A stretch of DNA of 53,527 bases, filler included, from Sphacelaria rigidula (GCA_964200075.2; 5 parts of 5 records of this genome joined end to end with filler, not necessarily neighbours in it), one strand, 5' to 3'. Shown: positions 12,138 through 25,954, numbered from the whole stretch's first letter. The notes: a model not told the origin generated them from the letters alone. Numbers and translations are program-made.

Positions 12138-12996
12138 ATACAAGGTAACCCTTCGGGATGTCGATACGGGCCTCGCGCGGGTGACCTACCCTCGCGGTCA
12201 AAGGGTTAAGAGAGGCTGTTGTGTCTCAATGTACACTAGTGATCGTGGCTGTACACCATGTCGCATGTGTTATTGGGTATCGTTCGGAAACATGGGGATT
12301 CGGACAGAGGCCGACGGCATAACCGCCGGCATGGGACATGTGTGGTATTTCCGAGATGCCAGAGTGCGAAGTAGCTCTCGTGCCACAAAGACATGACAGC
12401 GGGAGGCACTCCCGAAAAATTGGAATGCGTGGAACATTCTTCGCATGTTCTCCGTACATCACTGTGGCTTCCACATCACCATGCCTTTTTTTTAAACAGG
12501 GTGATTGCTTTTGGCGGCAAAACATTCCTGTGCTGCCGTGCGGCTGTGCCTTGTTCAACTCGCCAACGGCCCATTCCACGGTCCTGTGTTTGCTGCTGAC
12601 TAAGGCCAAGGCATTGTTCAACTGCTTTCAACTGATTTCCTCTCATGTTCTCGTGACGTGGGCGGCATAACCGGTGTGTTCGTGCTTCCCAAATGAACGA
12701 GAACGCGACAAACAGAAACACGGGGGAAAATACTCCGCCGAAAGTAATGCTGTTTGCCGTTTTCCATCATCTCGAAAAGGCTTCTGTGGTTTGGGATCGA
12801 CATCCTGCGAGAAAGGGCCAGTTTGAGCGACTTTCGGCGGCCAGAACACGCGCCACAGGTATCAGAGACACCCAAACCTCAGCGGTGATGTACCGCTGAG
12901 CCTTCCTGGTGCGCCGCACAAGAAAGCACGGGAAAAAATGCCTTGCCGCCAGAGAAACCTCGGCAAAGGTGGTGAAAATGTGAAATGATACATGTA
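12138..12996. mobile_element. ~860-bp interspersed repeat, copy 1
   Basis: Colinear similarity along its whole length with 45406-46266 in a different segment. No intact ORF. Confidence 0.8.
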
Positions 12997-13897
12997 CATG
13001 TAGTCCTCTGAGCGCACCCTCTGCGATGCGTATGGAAGGCATTCACGTGTCGGACAGCTCACGAGCTACCCACATATCACTTCTTGATAGTGTACTGATC
13101 CGCATCATGATCTAGCTCAAGTGGCCCCCTTTTTTGTTTTCCGTATTTGCTCCCTACAGCCCTGGGTGCTGAGCCCGCGAAGACGCTCAAAGGAAGTGCT
13201 CTGCCTTCTCGGATCGCACTGTCACGTATTTTTTTGGGTCGTTAGGACAACGCATCTGACTGTCCTCCTCGATTAGTTATTTCACGTAGCTCATGAGCCG
13301 TCCGATGTGTGAAATATTCAACGCTGGCTAGGGTCGTGTATTTGTATTCCGGCGTGTACGTGCGGTACCGACTGCCACAATACTCGATATTTTGCTGGTC
13401 GCCGTCCGTTGGTACCAACCGAAGACAAGAAAGGATGATCACGGGATCCGATCAGGGAGTGCTCAGCCGTGTCCGTCTTCTACTCTGTGCTTGAATCAAC
13501 TTGAGATTTTTTTTTACTCAGGTGGAAATGCATGTTTCGGCTGCTCATCTTTCTGCGGTTGATGTCATGTACGTGCCCCGTCGACCACTGATTTTTTCTT
13601 CTCTTCTATTGAACTGTTTTCCCTTTTGTCGAAGGTCCTTTTATCCATGAGGTGCTCCTTGGCTGTATGGCCTTCAAGTCGGGGTTGGCGGCGTCTTGTC
13701 CTGAGCGACGCTTGACTTGGGTCATGGAAGTATGGGAGGGGCACTGTGTCACACACGAGCGGTCTTACACCCGGACACGTCTGTTCTGACATGTCATTTT
13801 TGCACGCACGAAATTGTGCGGATAACATCATGGCCAATCCTATCAGCTGCAAACTATTGCTAGACACACACCCTCTACCCTCCACAGCACATTTCAG

Positions 13898-16800
13898 ACT
13901 ACAGCGGGGCGTCCGAGTCCTCACCCATGACAGACGACCCACCTCTTGGAGTCTGTCGGTACTACGTTGTGTAAAAATCCTCGGTTCAGGAAATTCCGAG
14001 CGTGTTCAAAGCTAAGCTTTTTTTTCAGGTGTGCGCTTGTCAGATGCACATTAACACCGCCCGCTATGTGCCACCTGCGTGCACTGAAAGGTACAGTGCG
14101 TTCTAATTTGGTTGGAGATATGTCTTTTTTCGTCTGGACAAATATGAAAAGTCGGGCACACAATCAAAACGAAGGGTACTATTTTTGCCGATTGAGTCAA
14201 GGTGGTTTCCTATAAACCCCGTATTTGAAGATATGGATGTTTTTGTTGTCAACAGTAACTCAGAAAGGGAGCCTTTTCGTCTGCCCAGGCATGCTGCAAC
14301 TGATGACATGAACTGTATCTCAGATTTCCTGTTTGGACTGTCTGTCTCCTCTGTAATACCCCCACCCCACCCATTGCCCCCTCGTTCCAATCTCCCGTTC
14401 GTGTCGTGGAATACTCTGGTCCTGCTGTATTTCTCCGGCGGTCTGCCGTCAGACTCTACTCTTACTCGTACCGAGAACTGCTGCTCTTCGACCATCTCGA
14501 AGGTGAACACAGTACACACGATACGAGAACAGCTCGAAGAGGCAAATGCAGGCGGGCGTGGGGAAGCGACGAAAAAAACGCGACTGCTTCCGAGAAGTAC
14601 TCAGCAACAATGCTTCGCGTTTCCCGTACTGATCTGGACTGGACTGTACTTTGCCCTTTGTTACCGCACTTTATTTTGCTTGGTAGAGAGAGTGGGGCAG
14701 GATAGCACGCAGTCTCCTGATTTGCAAAGAAAAAAGATGGAGGAAATCCGATTGGTCGATACCCCTTGGTCGACGACTGACGTCAGCCCATCAGAAAACG
14801 GCGTGCCAGAAGCGCTCCTCGCAATCAGCCTTTCCTGCCTCTTTCCGAGTTTATTGTACCTTTCTCCTGCTCCTACCCCCCTTCCCCCCTGGTGAGACAC
14901 CCATGAGACAGTGTGTAGCCCGTGGCTGTCTCTGGAAATGGCGATACCAGAAGATGAAGCAACTCCTTGTAGGCCGTCGTCCATATGCCAAATGAAGCAT
15001 CACGCTTCGGGCTGAACAATCCTAGCCGGATGCTGCTTACTCTTCATGGGATTCGCGGAACACATCACGGCGCTTCGCGCTTGGTGACTGCGAGCCTGGT
15101 CCGACTAAGGTCCGGCGTGCTCCGTCCCAGCTTTCTAGGGACGCGAGGTCAATAATATGTCAACAGCGTGCAAGATCATGAGTATCCCCCCCCCCCCTCC
15201 CCCTCCCCACTTGTCCGATGCGGTCTGCTATGATCCATTGGGGGTCTTGCCTTGTCAGGCAGACGCTTTTGTTTGCCATCGACTCGCAGAATGGAAAATG
15301 GATTGCCTCCTGGCCACACTACGGCTCATACACGAAGCTTGTCCGAACTTTGGTGTGTCCGGCCTGCTACTTACTCTTGAGCGTTGAACGTAAATGGAGG
15401 TGCACAATGATTTTTCTTATTGCTGCTTGGCTTCCACTGTACTCGGATATTGCTTTGGTGTGTTTTCATTTCGATATGGGTACGTCCGTTTTGTCATCTT
15501 GGCTGGATGCTGAGCGGATCACGTGATATATAATGGTCGACCAATCATGCCCCCCCCCCCGCCGGCGCGCGGCCCTTACTCCCAACAGAACTGGACATCT
15601 CCCATTCCAATTTAGATGTCTCGATCCCATGTCTGCGGTTCATTGAGCCGGCCGGCGACAGCACATCATCGCCGGCAGCAGGAGGGTACAACAGCAACAG
15701 TCCTCCGTCTACCATGTCGTGTTTGCGGCCGACAGCCCAAGATCACCAAAGATACAGCCAGCATCAGCACGCGATCGGCACAGGGCTACCCCGGCCGCCT
15801 CAACAGCAACAGCAACAACGACAACCTCCGTCGTCATTGTCACACCAGCATGATTGCCAACGCTCGACATCGATGCCTACGGCTCCCGTCGCTTCGATGA
15901 ACACCCCCGCCATCGTGAGTAGTAGTAGCTACGACCATCACCGTCATCGTCATCATCAGCAACAGCAGAATCGCCGCAGCGTGGCCCATAACCATCGCGC
16001 CCATCACCACACACGTGCCACATCTGTCACGATACCGTCAAACCCGACACTAGCACGACTCGTCACCGGAGGTGTTCTGCGAATGGGGACGGGCTCTCGG
16101 CATCCCCCTCCCTCGTCGTCCTCGTCGTCCTCGTCGTCCTCCTCCGCCGCTCGCGGTCCTTCAGGCGTCAATGGCGTTGGCGCCGCCGGCCGCGGCCGAG
16201 CGGGGGGCGGCGTCGGTGACGGGGTGTTTGACTTACCGAGGTTCGCTTCGACGCTGAAGAAGTTGACGGCGGTGAAATCTCGGCTGTGGAATAAGTGGGA
16301 CCTGTCGGAGTTCGAACCTTTGCGCGTGCTGGAGGTGTCATTCGCCAAGCCTACGTCCATGTTGCAGCTGGCCCGTAAGGTGTGGTGATGTCATCCTATT
16401 GGTGATACGTAGTGTGCACACATGAACTCTCAGACAAAATGTATGTAGTGCTTCGCGGGTTGAAGTATTCTGGTACCGGCAGTATGCTGTAGGGCGAACT
16501 TGAACGGGCGACTCTTGTCCCTTTTTTTCTTGAAGTGGACAAGGGGGGAAAAATATAAAAATATGACCTTTAATACAGGTTGACTTTCGTTTTTTTTATC
16601 TCCTTCTCTTTTCGTCTTGTCCTTTCTTTTCGTCTGAGCTCCATGTATTTCGTATTGTTGCCTCCAGAAGACGCTCAGCCTGGATAAACGATGGTCCTTG
16701 TACCACTGCACGTTTTTACTCTTGAGTGGAGGATGGGCGGAAACAACGCGCGACTTTGTTTTTGTCGTGTTTGCATCTGTTTTTGCTTATGGAATTTTTG

Positions 16801-17408
16801 ATGCGCACGTGCATACCCGAGCCTTCCGTGTGGTCGTACCGGTTTCCCACAGTATGCCGGGTTCGGGACAAAACAACGAATGCGTATTCGTGTGTTTTGT
16901 GTAACTGTCAGGCGGAGATCGGGCATGGCTTGACCGAGCTGTCAGTTTGCGACCTTGCCCTACGCATCCTCGTTCGCGCGACGGAACTACAAGAGCTGCA
17001 GCAGGCGAGTGCGGTGATTTCGTATTGCAAGTTTGTGCATTGATTGTTACCGTTAGTGGCGTGCAGAATCGTAAGCGGATTATTCGTGTGCTTTGCTGTA
17101 CTGTTATGCGGTCGATCTTTAGTCGATTTGCTATGTGGTTGACCTCTGGTTAATTTGTTCTACCTTGCTATACGTACGATACCTCATTTTCTCATGTTCT
17201 CGTCCATGCAGTGGTACAGCACAAACAGAGAGTGAGTATTTTTGCCCTTTTCTCGTCCTTCCACGTGTCATGCCCGCGGCAAGAATCCGACGTGCTTTTT
17301 TTGTTTTTTCTTGTTTTCGTGTGTGTATCTGTCCGCGTGTTGCAATGCGTACCCCCGAAACGCTGAAACATCATCACCACCACCAATACACCACGGGCAC
17401 CGCCACCT

Positions 17409-17444
<36 letters not shown>

Positions 17445-20400
17445 AATGATGGCAACAACGGTGAACTTGTGACCCATCAATCAGGCAGTAGCGGGCACCG
17501 AGACGTTCCGCCTCCGCCGCGTCGACGTGGTGAAGGAGGTGCCGCACTTCGTCTACCTGCGCGCGGTCCTCGTGCGCCTCAACAGCCTGCGAGTGCTCGA
17601 GCTCACGGACGTCGCCCTCGACGACGGGATGCTCGAAACCCTGGGAGAATGCCTGTCCGTCCTCCGCTCGACGGTCGTCGTCGGCGACCGACAAGACAAT
17701 ACCGCCGCGGCGGCCGCGGCCGCTGCGGCATCCTTCCGAGCGCCGACGCCAACGCCGTTACCGGCGGTGAACGTGTACGGGACTCCCACGGGTATGTCGC
17801 CACGTCGATACCCTCCTCCACCCGGCCGTGATACCGTTGGCGCCACGTTTAGCAGTAGCAGCAATTACGGCGGGGGTAGCGGTGGGGAGGTTGTCGGCCT
17901 GAGTACGCTCATCCTGGGAAATTGCGAAAAGATCTCGGCGCTAGCCTTCGAGGCGTTCTTGTCCATTGCCGCCGGTGGCGGGGGTGGTCATGATGGGGAT
18001 GCTGGGAGATCTAACGCTGGGACAACGGAGCGGGGCAGGGTGAACGCGGCGGCAGTGAGGGCAGGGAGGGGGGTGCGGGGAGGGAGTACCATGGGCGGTT
18101 CCGCTGCGGACGGGAGGCAAGGGGGTGTGAACGGCAAAGGGAATGAAAGGCGAGGTGGAGTGCTCTCGACTGTGTGCTTAATGGGGTGCAGGAACCTAAA
18201 TGACCGGGGGCTGAAGCTGCTTGCGGTGGGGATAAGGGATCGCTTGAAGGACCTCAAGGTGTGCGTCTGTGTCCGGTCGTGTCTGCTTTTTTCGGCTTAT
18301 GCTGCTAGGGAAAAAAATAACGAAAATAGAGTAAGAGGCGATGAATACGAGCACATACACACACCGGCTTGTCCTTCGTCTGTTGTCTCTGTCGTTGTCT
18401 GTCTCTTTGCGTGTCTTGTCTCCCATCCCCCTTCTATCCCATGTGTAGCATCTGAGCACACGGCGTCTGCGATGTATGCGGTTTGTGTCCTTTGTCGTCT
18501 CTAGTGCGGTATGACGTGTGCTCATCATGTGTACTGTTTGAGCTGCGCCGCCGACAGATGATTGACAAGCGACGAAATTGTCGTGGCTCAGCCCCCATTC
18601 ATGAGGGATATTTGCTCCTATTTGATGATGAGTACTTTGTCCTGTGTGTGTTGTGCGTGCGCGGTCTTTTACAGAGTAGTTCACCTCACGGAACAGTGTG
18701 GGATCCGTGCAGCATAGATTGAAACAGAGGAAAATGGGGATGTAGATGCGATAAGACGACGGTGACGAACTCCCACAATGGTTTGGAAGTAAAGCGACAT
18801 GGGAAGAACCAACGCGCCACGCCCCGAGGACCCTGCGAATCATCGCTAGCATTACGTCGCCGCGTCCTGTTGTCGTGTGTGTATGCGTGTGTGTGCAGGT
18901 GACGGGCAGCTTCCGGCTGACAGACAGCGGCGTAGAGGCCGTGGCAGCGGCTTGCCCGAGGTTGCTCCACATTGACATATCTGGTTGCTCAAACGTCACG
19001 AGGTTCGCACGCTGTTTTCCCTGCCCTGTCTACAGTGGCTAGTATACCGTTCGGCGACGGCGTGAAGTGTCCACGGGTGGAATGTCGTATTGCAATGTCG
19101 ATTTCCTGAAGAGGGACAAGGACCAAACCCTGCTCTTGCGGAAAGATGCATAATCGCATGACAGATCCCGGTTATGGGGAGAAATTCGGCGATATGTGTA
19201 CGAGGGGGAGAAATTCGGCGATATGTGTACGTGGGGGAGTTTTTCGGCGCGCCGTGGCCGCCGTAGGTTTGGACGAGTTTCGTGCTGAAAGAGTCCATGA
19301 ATTATCTGGAGATGTTACAGCGCCTTGCGCCACGTTCTGTTCTAGTGCAAGCGCGGGGTTACATGCTCAGCTCATCATGTGCGCTCGAGGTGCCTGAATA
19401 AATGGCGTTCTGCACATGATCATGACGCCAGCGATTTTCTCTCACCACTGTAAGTGTTCCCTCCCTCTCTCTCTTTTTCTCGCCAAGTTGTGCTCCATCT
19501 CTGTTGAAAAATGAAACACATCGATTGTTCTCGGCACACATTCATATCCCGCACATGTCAAGTTTTTCTACTACAGCAGGTGTACACAGTAGCGTCAAAA
19601 TTCTTCAATCCATCCGCACCTGATCCCAATGCTTTATACCCTCCCCCCCCCCGCCTGCCCGCCCGCCCGCTACCCCCCGCCGCCGCCCCCGAACACGACA
19701 AAACGCGATACACATTACACGTTACCCCCGCGAACAAACCAATTCAACAGCGACGCCCTGAGAGTCCTGCTCGACAAGTGCCGCACGCTATGCTCCGTCA
19801 AGGCGTGGGGTATCAGGGGCGGAGGGCTGTCCGCGACCGCTTCACTGCGCATCGCGTACGAAGCGAGGGGGATCGATCTTGCATGCGCAGGGGCGTTGCC
19901 GTCGCCGTTGTCGTCGCCGTTGTCGTCGCCGTTGTCGTCGCCGTTAGTACCAGTGGATGATGATGCTGAACGAGTACGAGAATTGCCTTTATTACCCGAA
20001 AAAAGGTACGTGGTGGGTGTTGAACCCGGAAAAGCACAAGAGGAGGGTGGAGGTGAACATGAACAACAAGTGCTCCGCATTGCAGACTGCCGCACTGGTG
20101 GCAGCGGGGGCAGAGAGGAGTGTTCGCGACGAACGACGACAGCTTCCTGCGCGTTCGGGTGTGGCGCCGCCGTGGAGGATCGTGATGCGGCAGATCACGT
20201 GGAGGTGCGTTTGGCGATTGGGTGGTGACAAGAAAAAAAGCCAGAGGTCCCCGGCTTTGTCACGTCGGGGGGGGGGGGGGCGGGAGACTTAGGAGGGCGA
20301 CATATATGTACTTCGTACTTCTAAGTTGTGATGACGGATGCCAGACATGCGACTTCGATCGTTCACCTGGCGTCCGTACAGGACTATCATGTCGAGATGG

Positions 20401-20446
20401 ACTGTTTTCGACGGCCCAGGCGCGTACTTACGAAGACGATCCCCAG
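13898..20446 (+). CDS. Cys-containing leucine-rich repeat (FBXL/AMN1-like) protein with probable C-terminal TRAF-type zinc finger; ends uncertain
   Basis: In-phase exons: 13898-13958 (tentative); 14453-14502 and 15589-16379 (LLLFDHLEELDISHSNL...LRVLEVSF); 16912-17004 (or -17013); 17485-18258 (LRVLELTDVALDD, LSTLILGNCEKIS, LSTVCLMGCRNLNDRGL); 18899-19002 (LTDSGVEAVAAACPRLLHIDISGCSNVT); 19751-20204; 20345-20446 (tentative). The start codon and F-box were not located. Confidence 0.82.
14891..15190 (+). mobile_element. ~300-bp repeat family ending GATCATGAGTA(C/T)(A)CCCC, intronic copy
   Basis: GGTGAGACACCCATGA...GACTGCGAGCCTGGTCCG...GCAAGATCATGAGTA. Homologues at 10410-10529, 20505-20811(-), 25198-25497 and 46405-46585. 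Confidence 0.8.
17409..17442. repeat. (CAA)n microsatellite
   Basis: About 11 perfect CAA units upstream of the 17485 acceptor. Confidence 0.9.
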
Positions 20447-20504
20447 GTGTCATGTAGTTGTCGTCATCACGTCATTGTATTGCCACGCCAAGTCGGATTG
20501 GCGA

Positions 20505-20811
20505 GGGGGTGTACTCATGATCTTGCATGCCGTAGTCATATGGCCATTAACCTCGCATCCCTACGGAGCCGGGATGGAGCACGCCGGGTTTCCGCCGGAC
20601 CCGGCTCGCAATCAATCACCAAACGCGAAGCGCCATGATGTGTTCGGCGAGTCGCATGAAGGGTGAGCTGCATCCTACTAAGAGTCTTCGGCTCGAAGCG
20701 TACTGATGACCTTGCATATGGATGACGGCCTCAAATTACATGCTTCATTTTCCGGTATCGTCACTTCCAGACAGCCACGGGTTCCACACTGCCTCATGGG
20801 TGTCTCACCAT
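20505..20811 (-). mobile_element. ~300-bp repeat family, full-length inverted copy
   Basis: GGGGGTGTACTCATGATCTTGCATG...CCTCATGGGTGTCTCACCAT is the reverse complement of the 14891/25198 copies. Confidence 0.85.
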
Positions 20812-21352
20812 GTAAGCACTACGTAGTACGATCATCCCTGTTGCGCGGGATGGCGGTCCCCCCACCCCGCACAAAATGATCTAGCTTGACCACCATCATG
20901 GTTACCGCAAAAAACACGCAAGGGCCCAAAAAAATTGGAACCCGGGTTGCCTAGCTTACACGGTGAGTGACGTGTTTTAAAGCGTCATTGGCAACCGACG
21001 CTAACCCCATCGGGGGTCCGTCCCTACAACGCCGAGACGAAGCACACCACGTTCTCACCGAACCAGGCCAATTTGATCAGCGAGGGGGGAGGACCGCAAG
21101 AGGTCATTGCACAACATTTTGTCATTTCGATACGCACGTTATTTTCACGCCCAAACTTCACCACCGCGACTTCACCACTCCGTCTCTCATGAGACTGTGC
21201 TCCGTCTCGACAGGGATGCACGGTCAATGGTCAAGCGATGAAGGCTAGCAATAGATACCCCCCCCCCCCCCCCCCCCCGCCGTTGTGTTGGGAAATTGGT
21301 TTGTTCCAAAAACCCTCCACCTAAAACTTTTATATTTTGGGGGGGGGGGGGG

Positions 21353-21452
21353 NNNNNNNNNNNNNNNNNNNNNNNNNNNNNNNNNNNNNNNNNNNNTTAA
21401 TTAATTAANNNNNNNNNNNNNNNNNNNNNNNNNNNNNNNNNNNNNNNNNNNN
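21353..21452. other. Artificial contig spacer
   Basis: N44-TTAATTAATTAA-N44. Confidence 0.98.
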
Positions 21453-21500
21453 CCCGCGCCCCCCCCGTACCCTCGTGGGCCGGGGTGCACAAACGGCGAG

Positions 21501-21539
<39 letters not shown>

Positions 21540-22479
21540 CGTACTCATTTGTTGCTGGTAGGAGGAGGAGGGGGGTTCAACCAACAGTCGCGGGTGTGGA
21601 GCAAGGCGGACAGGCGGACTTTGCCTTCTGACTATCACTCCTGACCCTGTGTCGCTCAAGTAGCGCATCAAACAATCATGTCGACTGTGCATAAGATCTG
21701 AACTTGGTTTATAATTCTGCAGAAGCGCAGCCAGGCGCATATCATCACCATCCGCACATGACCCCAGAAATAGCCAAGCCTCTGGTTATCGTGCCGCACC
21801 TAGATGACGTCAGATATTGTCTTCGCCGGGACCTGGTCGATGGCACGCGAAGCACAGCTGCGATATCGGATCGTGTATCCGACCGCAAGAAGAGCAACTC
21901 TTGCATGTGCCGTCGACGTGGGGGACCTGGATGCCACACACATCGCGACCGCATCCCCGCTTAGGTCTGCCACCCCCCTTTGCACCACTAACCGGGTGAG
22001 ACTGCTGGCGCGGAATTCTCGCTCCTGCAGCTATCACGATTCCCGGGGGCACCTTGAGAACTACGGCGACACCGCGGCATCCTCCCTCTTGCGCTGAGCG
22101 CGTGATGATCACCACGATCAGCGTCGGTTTGTGGTGACCGGCGCTTTGGATGCCTCATCACTTCGGTGGTAGCCTAGTTCATTCGCGCTAGCGTTACCTG
22201 CTGTTTTTCCGAACCCGCCGAAGATGAAGTGTCGGCACCTTCAACTGTCCCTGGGTCGACCCCAGGGGTGGCAAAATGTGTATCCTTCTTCTTTTTCCGC
22301 TTCGAGTTTGACGTCGACGCGCCCAAAGGTGTTGGTATCGAGGAGCACGATGGGCCTGGTCGCTTTTGACTTTGTCCCGATGGCGTGGAAAATCCTTTCG
22401 GTGACGCTCGAGCAGGACCTCTGTCCAGGAAGCGAACAGTTTACCCATTGAGTCAGGGAGCGCTGACTCCGCATATATT

Positions 22480-22578
22480 TTGTTCAGGAAGCGAGCACTT
22501 TACCCATTGAACCAGGGAGCGGTCGTGAGCGCTTACCGCTCCCTGGTTCAATGGGTAAACCGTCCGCTGCCTGAACAA
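22480..22578. repeat. Hairpin with perfect 25-bp stem
   Basis: TTTACCCATTGAACCAGGGAGCGGT (22499-22523) pairs with ACCGCTCCCTGGTTCAATGGGTAAA (22535-22559) around an 11-nt loop. Outer TTGTTCAGG/CCTGAACAA extends the stem. Confidence 0.85.
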
Positions 22579-24540
22579 CCTCGTCCTGCGTTGTCGGGGA
22601 ATGCGGATGTCGGTGTTTCCCTGGGAGAGTACTGTACCACCAGCTCATGTTCCTTCACCCCGTTTCTGTGCTGCGATGCAGCCTTCTGTTGTTCATGCCA
22701 TACTTCCCATGCGCTATCAACCTCCGGGTGATATGCCGCGGTCCTATTTCGTCTCTATGTACGTTCGTGAGCATGCGGGGGTATGCCTCTGCCGGAGTTG
22801 GGCGGGGTGCGTCTTTTCTCCACCATGGCTGACGGCATTGAATTCTGCATCTTTACAAGGCTACTGCCGGCAGCTCTTCCACTTTTGCGGGGGATGTCAT
22901 CCACTTCATTGCGAGGTACTACCGGAGGATTCTATGGCGATACCTTCCGCGTGTTGTTTTTCGACGCCGAAGTAATCGAGATTCCACAAATCGCGTCTTC
23001 TCCTCCCGATCGATATCCATGCGTGTTGCGCTTTGCACTCCGACGGTTATTGCACCCCTCCGTCGACCCCTGGTTTTCTACTGATGCGCCATCGGCGGAC
23101 GCGACTGACGCCTCCGAGGCACAAAACAGTATAGTCGCCGTCTCTTTTCCGTATGATGGGGGGCTTAGCCACTCGCGTGCTGCCCTCACTTCGCCGACAT
23201 GACCCCTGGCGATCTCCCTCGGATTTTCGTCCGGCGCTGTACGTTCGGAGTGCGTCCGTCGAGATCTGCTGTCAAACCGCGGAGGTGGCATATGTCGGAT
23301 GGGATGGCGATGGGAATGGTGCAGTCATTTCACTACCTTTCAGGAGGATACGGCACAACGATAGATGAGCACAATGGGTTAGCCGTGTGATTTTTTTGAT
23401 GTTGCGAGCGTAGGAGTCGCGGGATTATGTGACATGATGTCATGCGGAAATGTATGCATAGTCAATTCCGTTCAGAACCCGCAATCATCGGTGGGAACGG
23501 GGGGAATGTAATCAGGTGCGCGCAATCTTCAGCACTTATCCTTTGCACGGTATGACTGCATCAAGGGTGTTATGGTGCTTTTATCTCGAGATTGATTGCG
23601 TTGCCGTATCTCACGTTCGGACTGCCCCGGCCGGCGTCTCAGAAGTGCTCGAGACATTGCATCCCAACCGTCAGTCGTGGGGATCTTCCACATCTACTGT
23701 TTGTGCCGAGGAGTGGGTGCGGGTAGAGTTGTACGTCAATGCTTTTGATCCCAAGTGTCTTCAATCGTGCGGTTTTCATGCTGTGGTGTCCAGCAACAAC
23801 AGAGTTTTGCTTGCCGCACCATCATATCTTATGGTCGCCGCATCCGATCGTCGTACTGTTGTATCGTCCAACTTCACAGCTCGAAATCTATGTACTCTTA
23901 CACCCTGTTCATGTTCGCTTCACGTAGGTTCGTTGAAACTTGGGTGCAGGTTCCCAACGATCATCGCGCCTGAAAAGGCACGAGGTGCCTTCAGTACCTC
24001 CCTTCATCGGAGCGCACAACCCACAGAATTACACATTACCCGGGGCCGTATGTTGCACGTGGTAAATATTGATGACTTATCCACGACTGCCATTCACGTA
24101 CCATGTAGTACTGTACATACTGTTTCCTCTTGTAGCCGGCGCAGTTCATACCTGAGCAGAACACTTCACTGTATTACCATACTCTGTGCTGCACTGCACT
24201 TCGCTGCATGAAGTTGTGGTGTTCTGTGCTGCGCTGGGGTGCATGGTATTGTACTGCGCGGGGCTGTACTATACTGGGGTGAATAGCTTGTACAACGGAA
24301 AGGGGGCTCTCTGCAGCACCCATGTGCTGGTGTGGAGCAAAGTTTAAACTCTTCAAACTTTCGTCAACTCGTTTCATCTGTGACATGCATGGATTCCAGT
24401 GAATCCCTTTGCAACGGAACTACTGCTTTGTGTAGATGGTCAAATTGTTCTCTGTGTCTCTGCCGGTGTTGTTACGCGAGCGCGGTGCTCTCCCATAACA
24501 CCGGAGGTCAGGTTTCACGGGGGGGTGTTGTTCAACCTAG

Positions 24541-25899
24541 GCCGCACGAATTCTGCCATAACTCCTTGCATAGAGCGCTGTTGCCATTGCAATCTGTGAG
24601 AGGTTTTGCCTATCTATATGTCGACATACCTTGATCCTCCACGCGCATGCTAGCTCCGCCCGGGCGATGCTGTCTGAGCCGCCGCTGCATGCACAGCATA
24701 TGCAGATCGTCCTTGCGAAAATCGGAATATTTTCCATCATCCACCGTTTTTTGCGGAGGCGTTCGAAAGACTATGAAATGAAGATTTCATCCCCCGGCGA
24801 AACAATATTTGCAAAAACAAGCAAGACACAATGTTTTTTCATTGATCTCTTCCCTCCCTTCCCCTTCCCCCCGCCGCCGCCGTGCGGGCGCCAACCCTTT
24901 CTAGACCCTTAGGTACCCCTCTTTCGTGTGCGACGCACGTCCTCCTTTGCCACGCTCCTTGTTTTTGTTTTCGTTTTCTCATCTCGGAATGCTGATTTTC
25001 TCGACTCGCAGTATCTCAAGGGGAGATTCGACGTGCCCGACATCCTGGTTCCGCCACTCAGCGAGCTGGTCGCGTTGGTTGTGTTTCAGCGGGCGCGACT
25101 GCTGGTGCTCGGGTACGGACGGGCGCATGTGACGCGGAAGGATGAGCAGTGGCGTGCAAAGGTAAGATGAAGCTCAGTTTTTCTTTCGCCCCCCCCGATG
25201 GTGAGACACTCATGATGAAATGTGTAAAGCGTGGCCGTCTCTGTAAGTGGCGATACCAGGAAATGAAGCGACTCATTGGGGACTGTCATCCAAATACAAG
25301 ATAATCAGTACGCTTTGGGCCGAACAGTCTTAGCAGGATGCAATTCACCCTTCATGCGACTCGCCGAACACATCACACGGCCCTTCGCGCTCTGTGATTG
25401 ATTGCGAACCTGGTCCGGTGAAAACCCTGCGTGCTCCGTCCCGACTTTAAAGGGATGCAAGGTCAATATGACTATGGCATGCAAGATCATTAGTACAACC
25501 CGATCTTGAAGTAGACACTCTTGTTGTTGGCTACCTGGACGTCAAATATAAACTGAATGTTGAGCATACCACAACGGTATCTCATTACTTGCTTGAAATT
25601 ATTCATGTTTCAGGCTGCTTCTTTCTCTCGGCATTAATATGCATCATGTGTACCCTGTCGGGCAGACGGAATATGTGCCCTCTGTCTGTGTTAAAGGTCG
25701 CCGGTTCATGAGGTGCGCTGTGGCTGCGGTCTGTACGTTGGAGTGGCGGGCGAAACTCTTGTCCCTGAACCTTGCCCAAAGGGGGTGCGGGGTGTAGGAC
25801 ATGTTGGGACCAGAACATGGATACATGCTTTGAGTAATTTTTCACTGATTCTTCAAAGTATATCATTTTGTTCTTGTAAAAACTATCAGCATTAACCCC

Positions 25900-25954
<55 letters not shown>

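Noticed and set aside
14185..14895. 236-aa ORF as a gene
   Set aside because: It has no motifs. The supported exon (14453-14502) is in another frame and the rest looks intronic.
23516..24211. 231-aa ORF or upstream VPS9 exons (also 21723-21995)
   Set aside because: A short exon near 23643-23712 is phase-compatible but has no motif support, and the frame cannot be fixed without RNA data.
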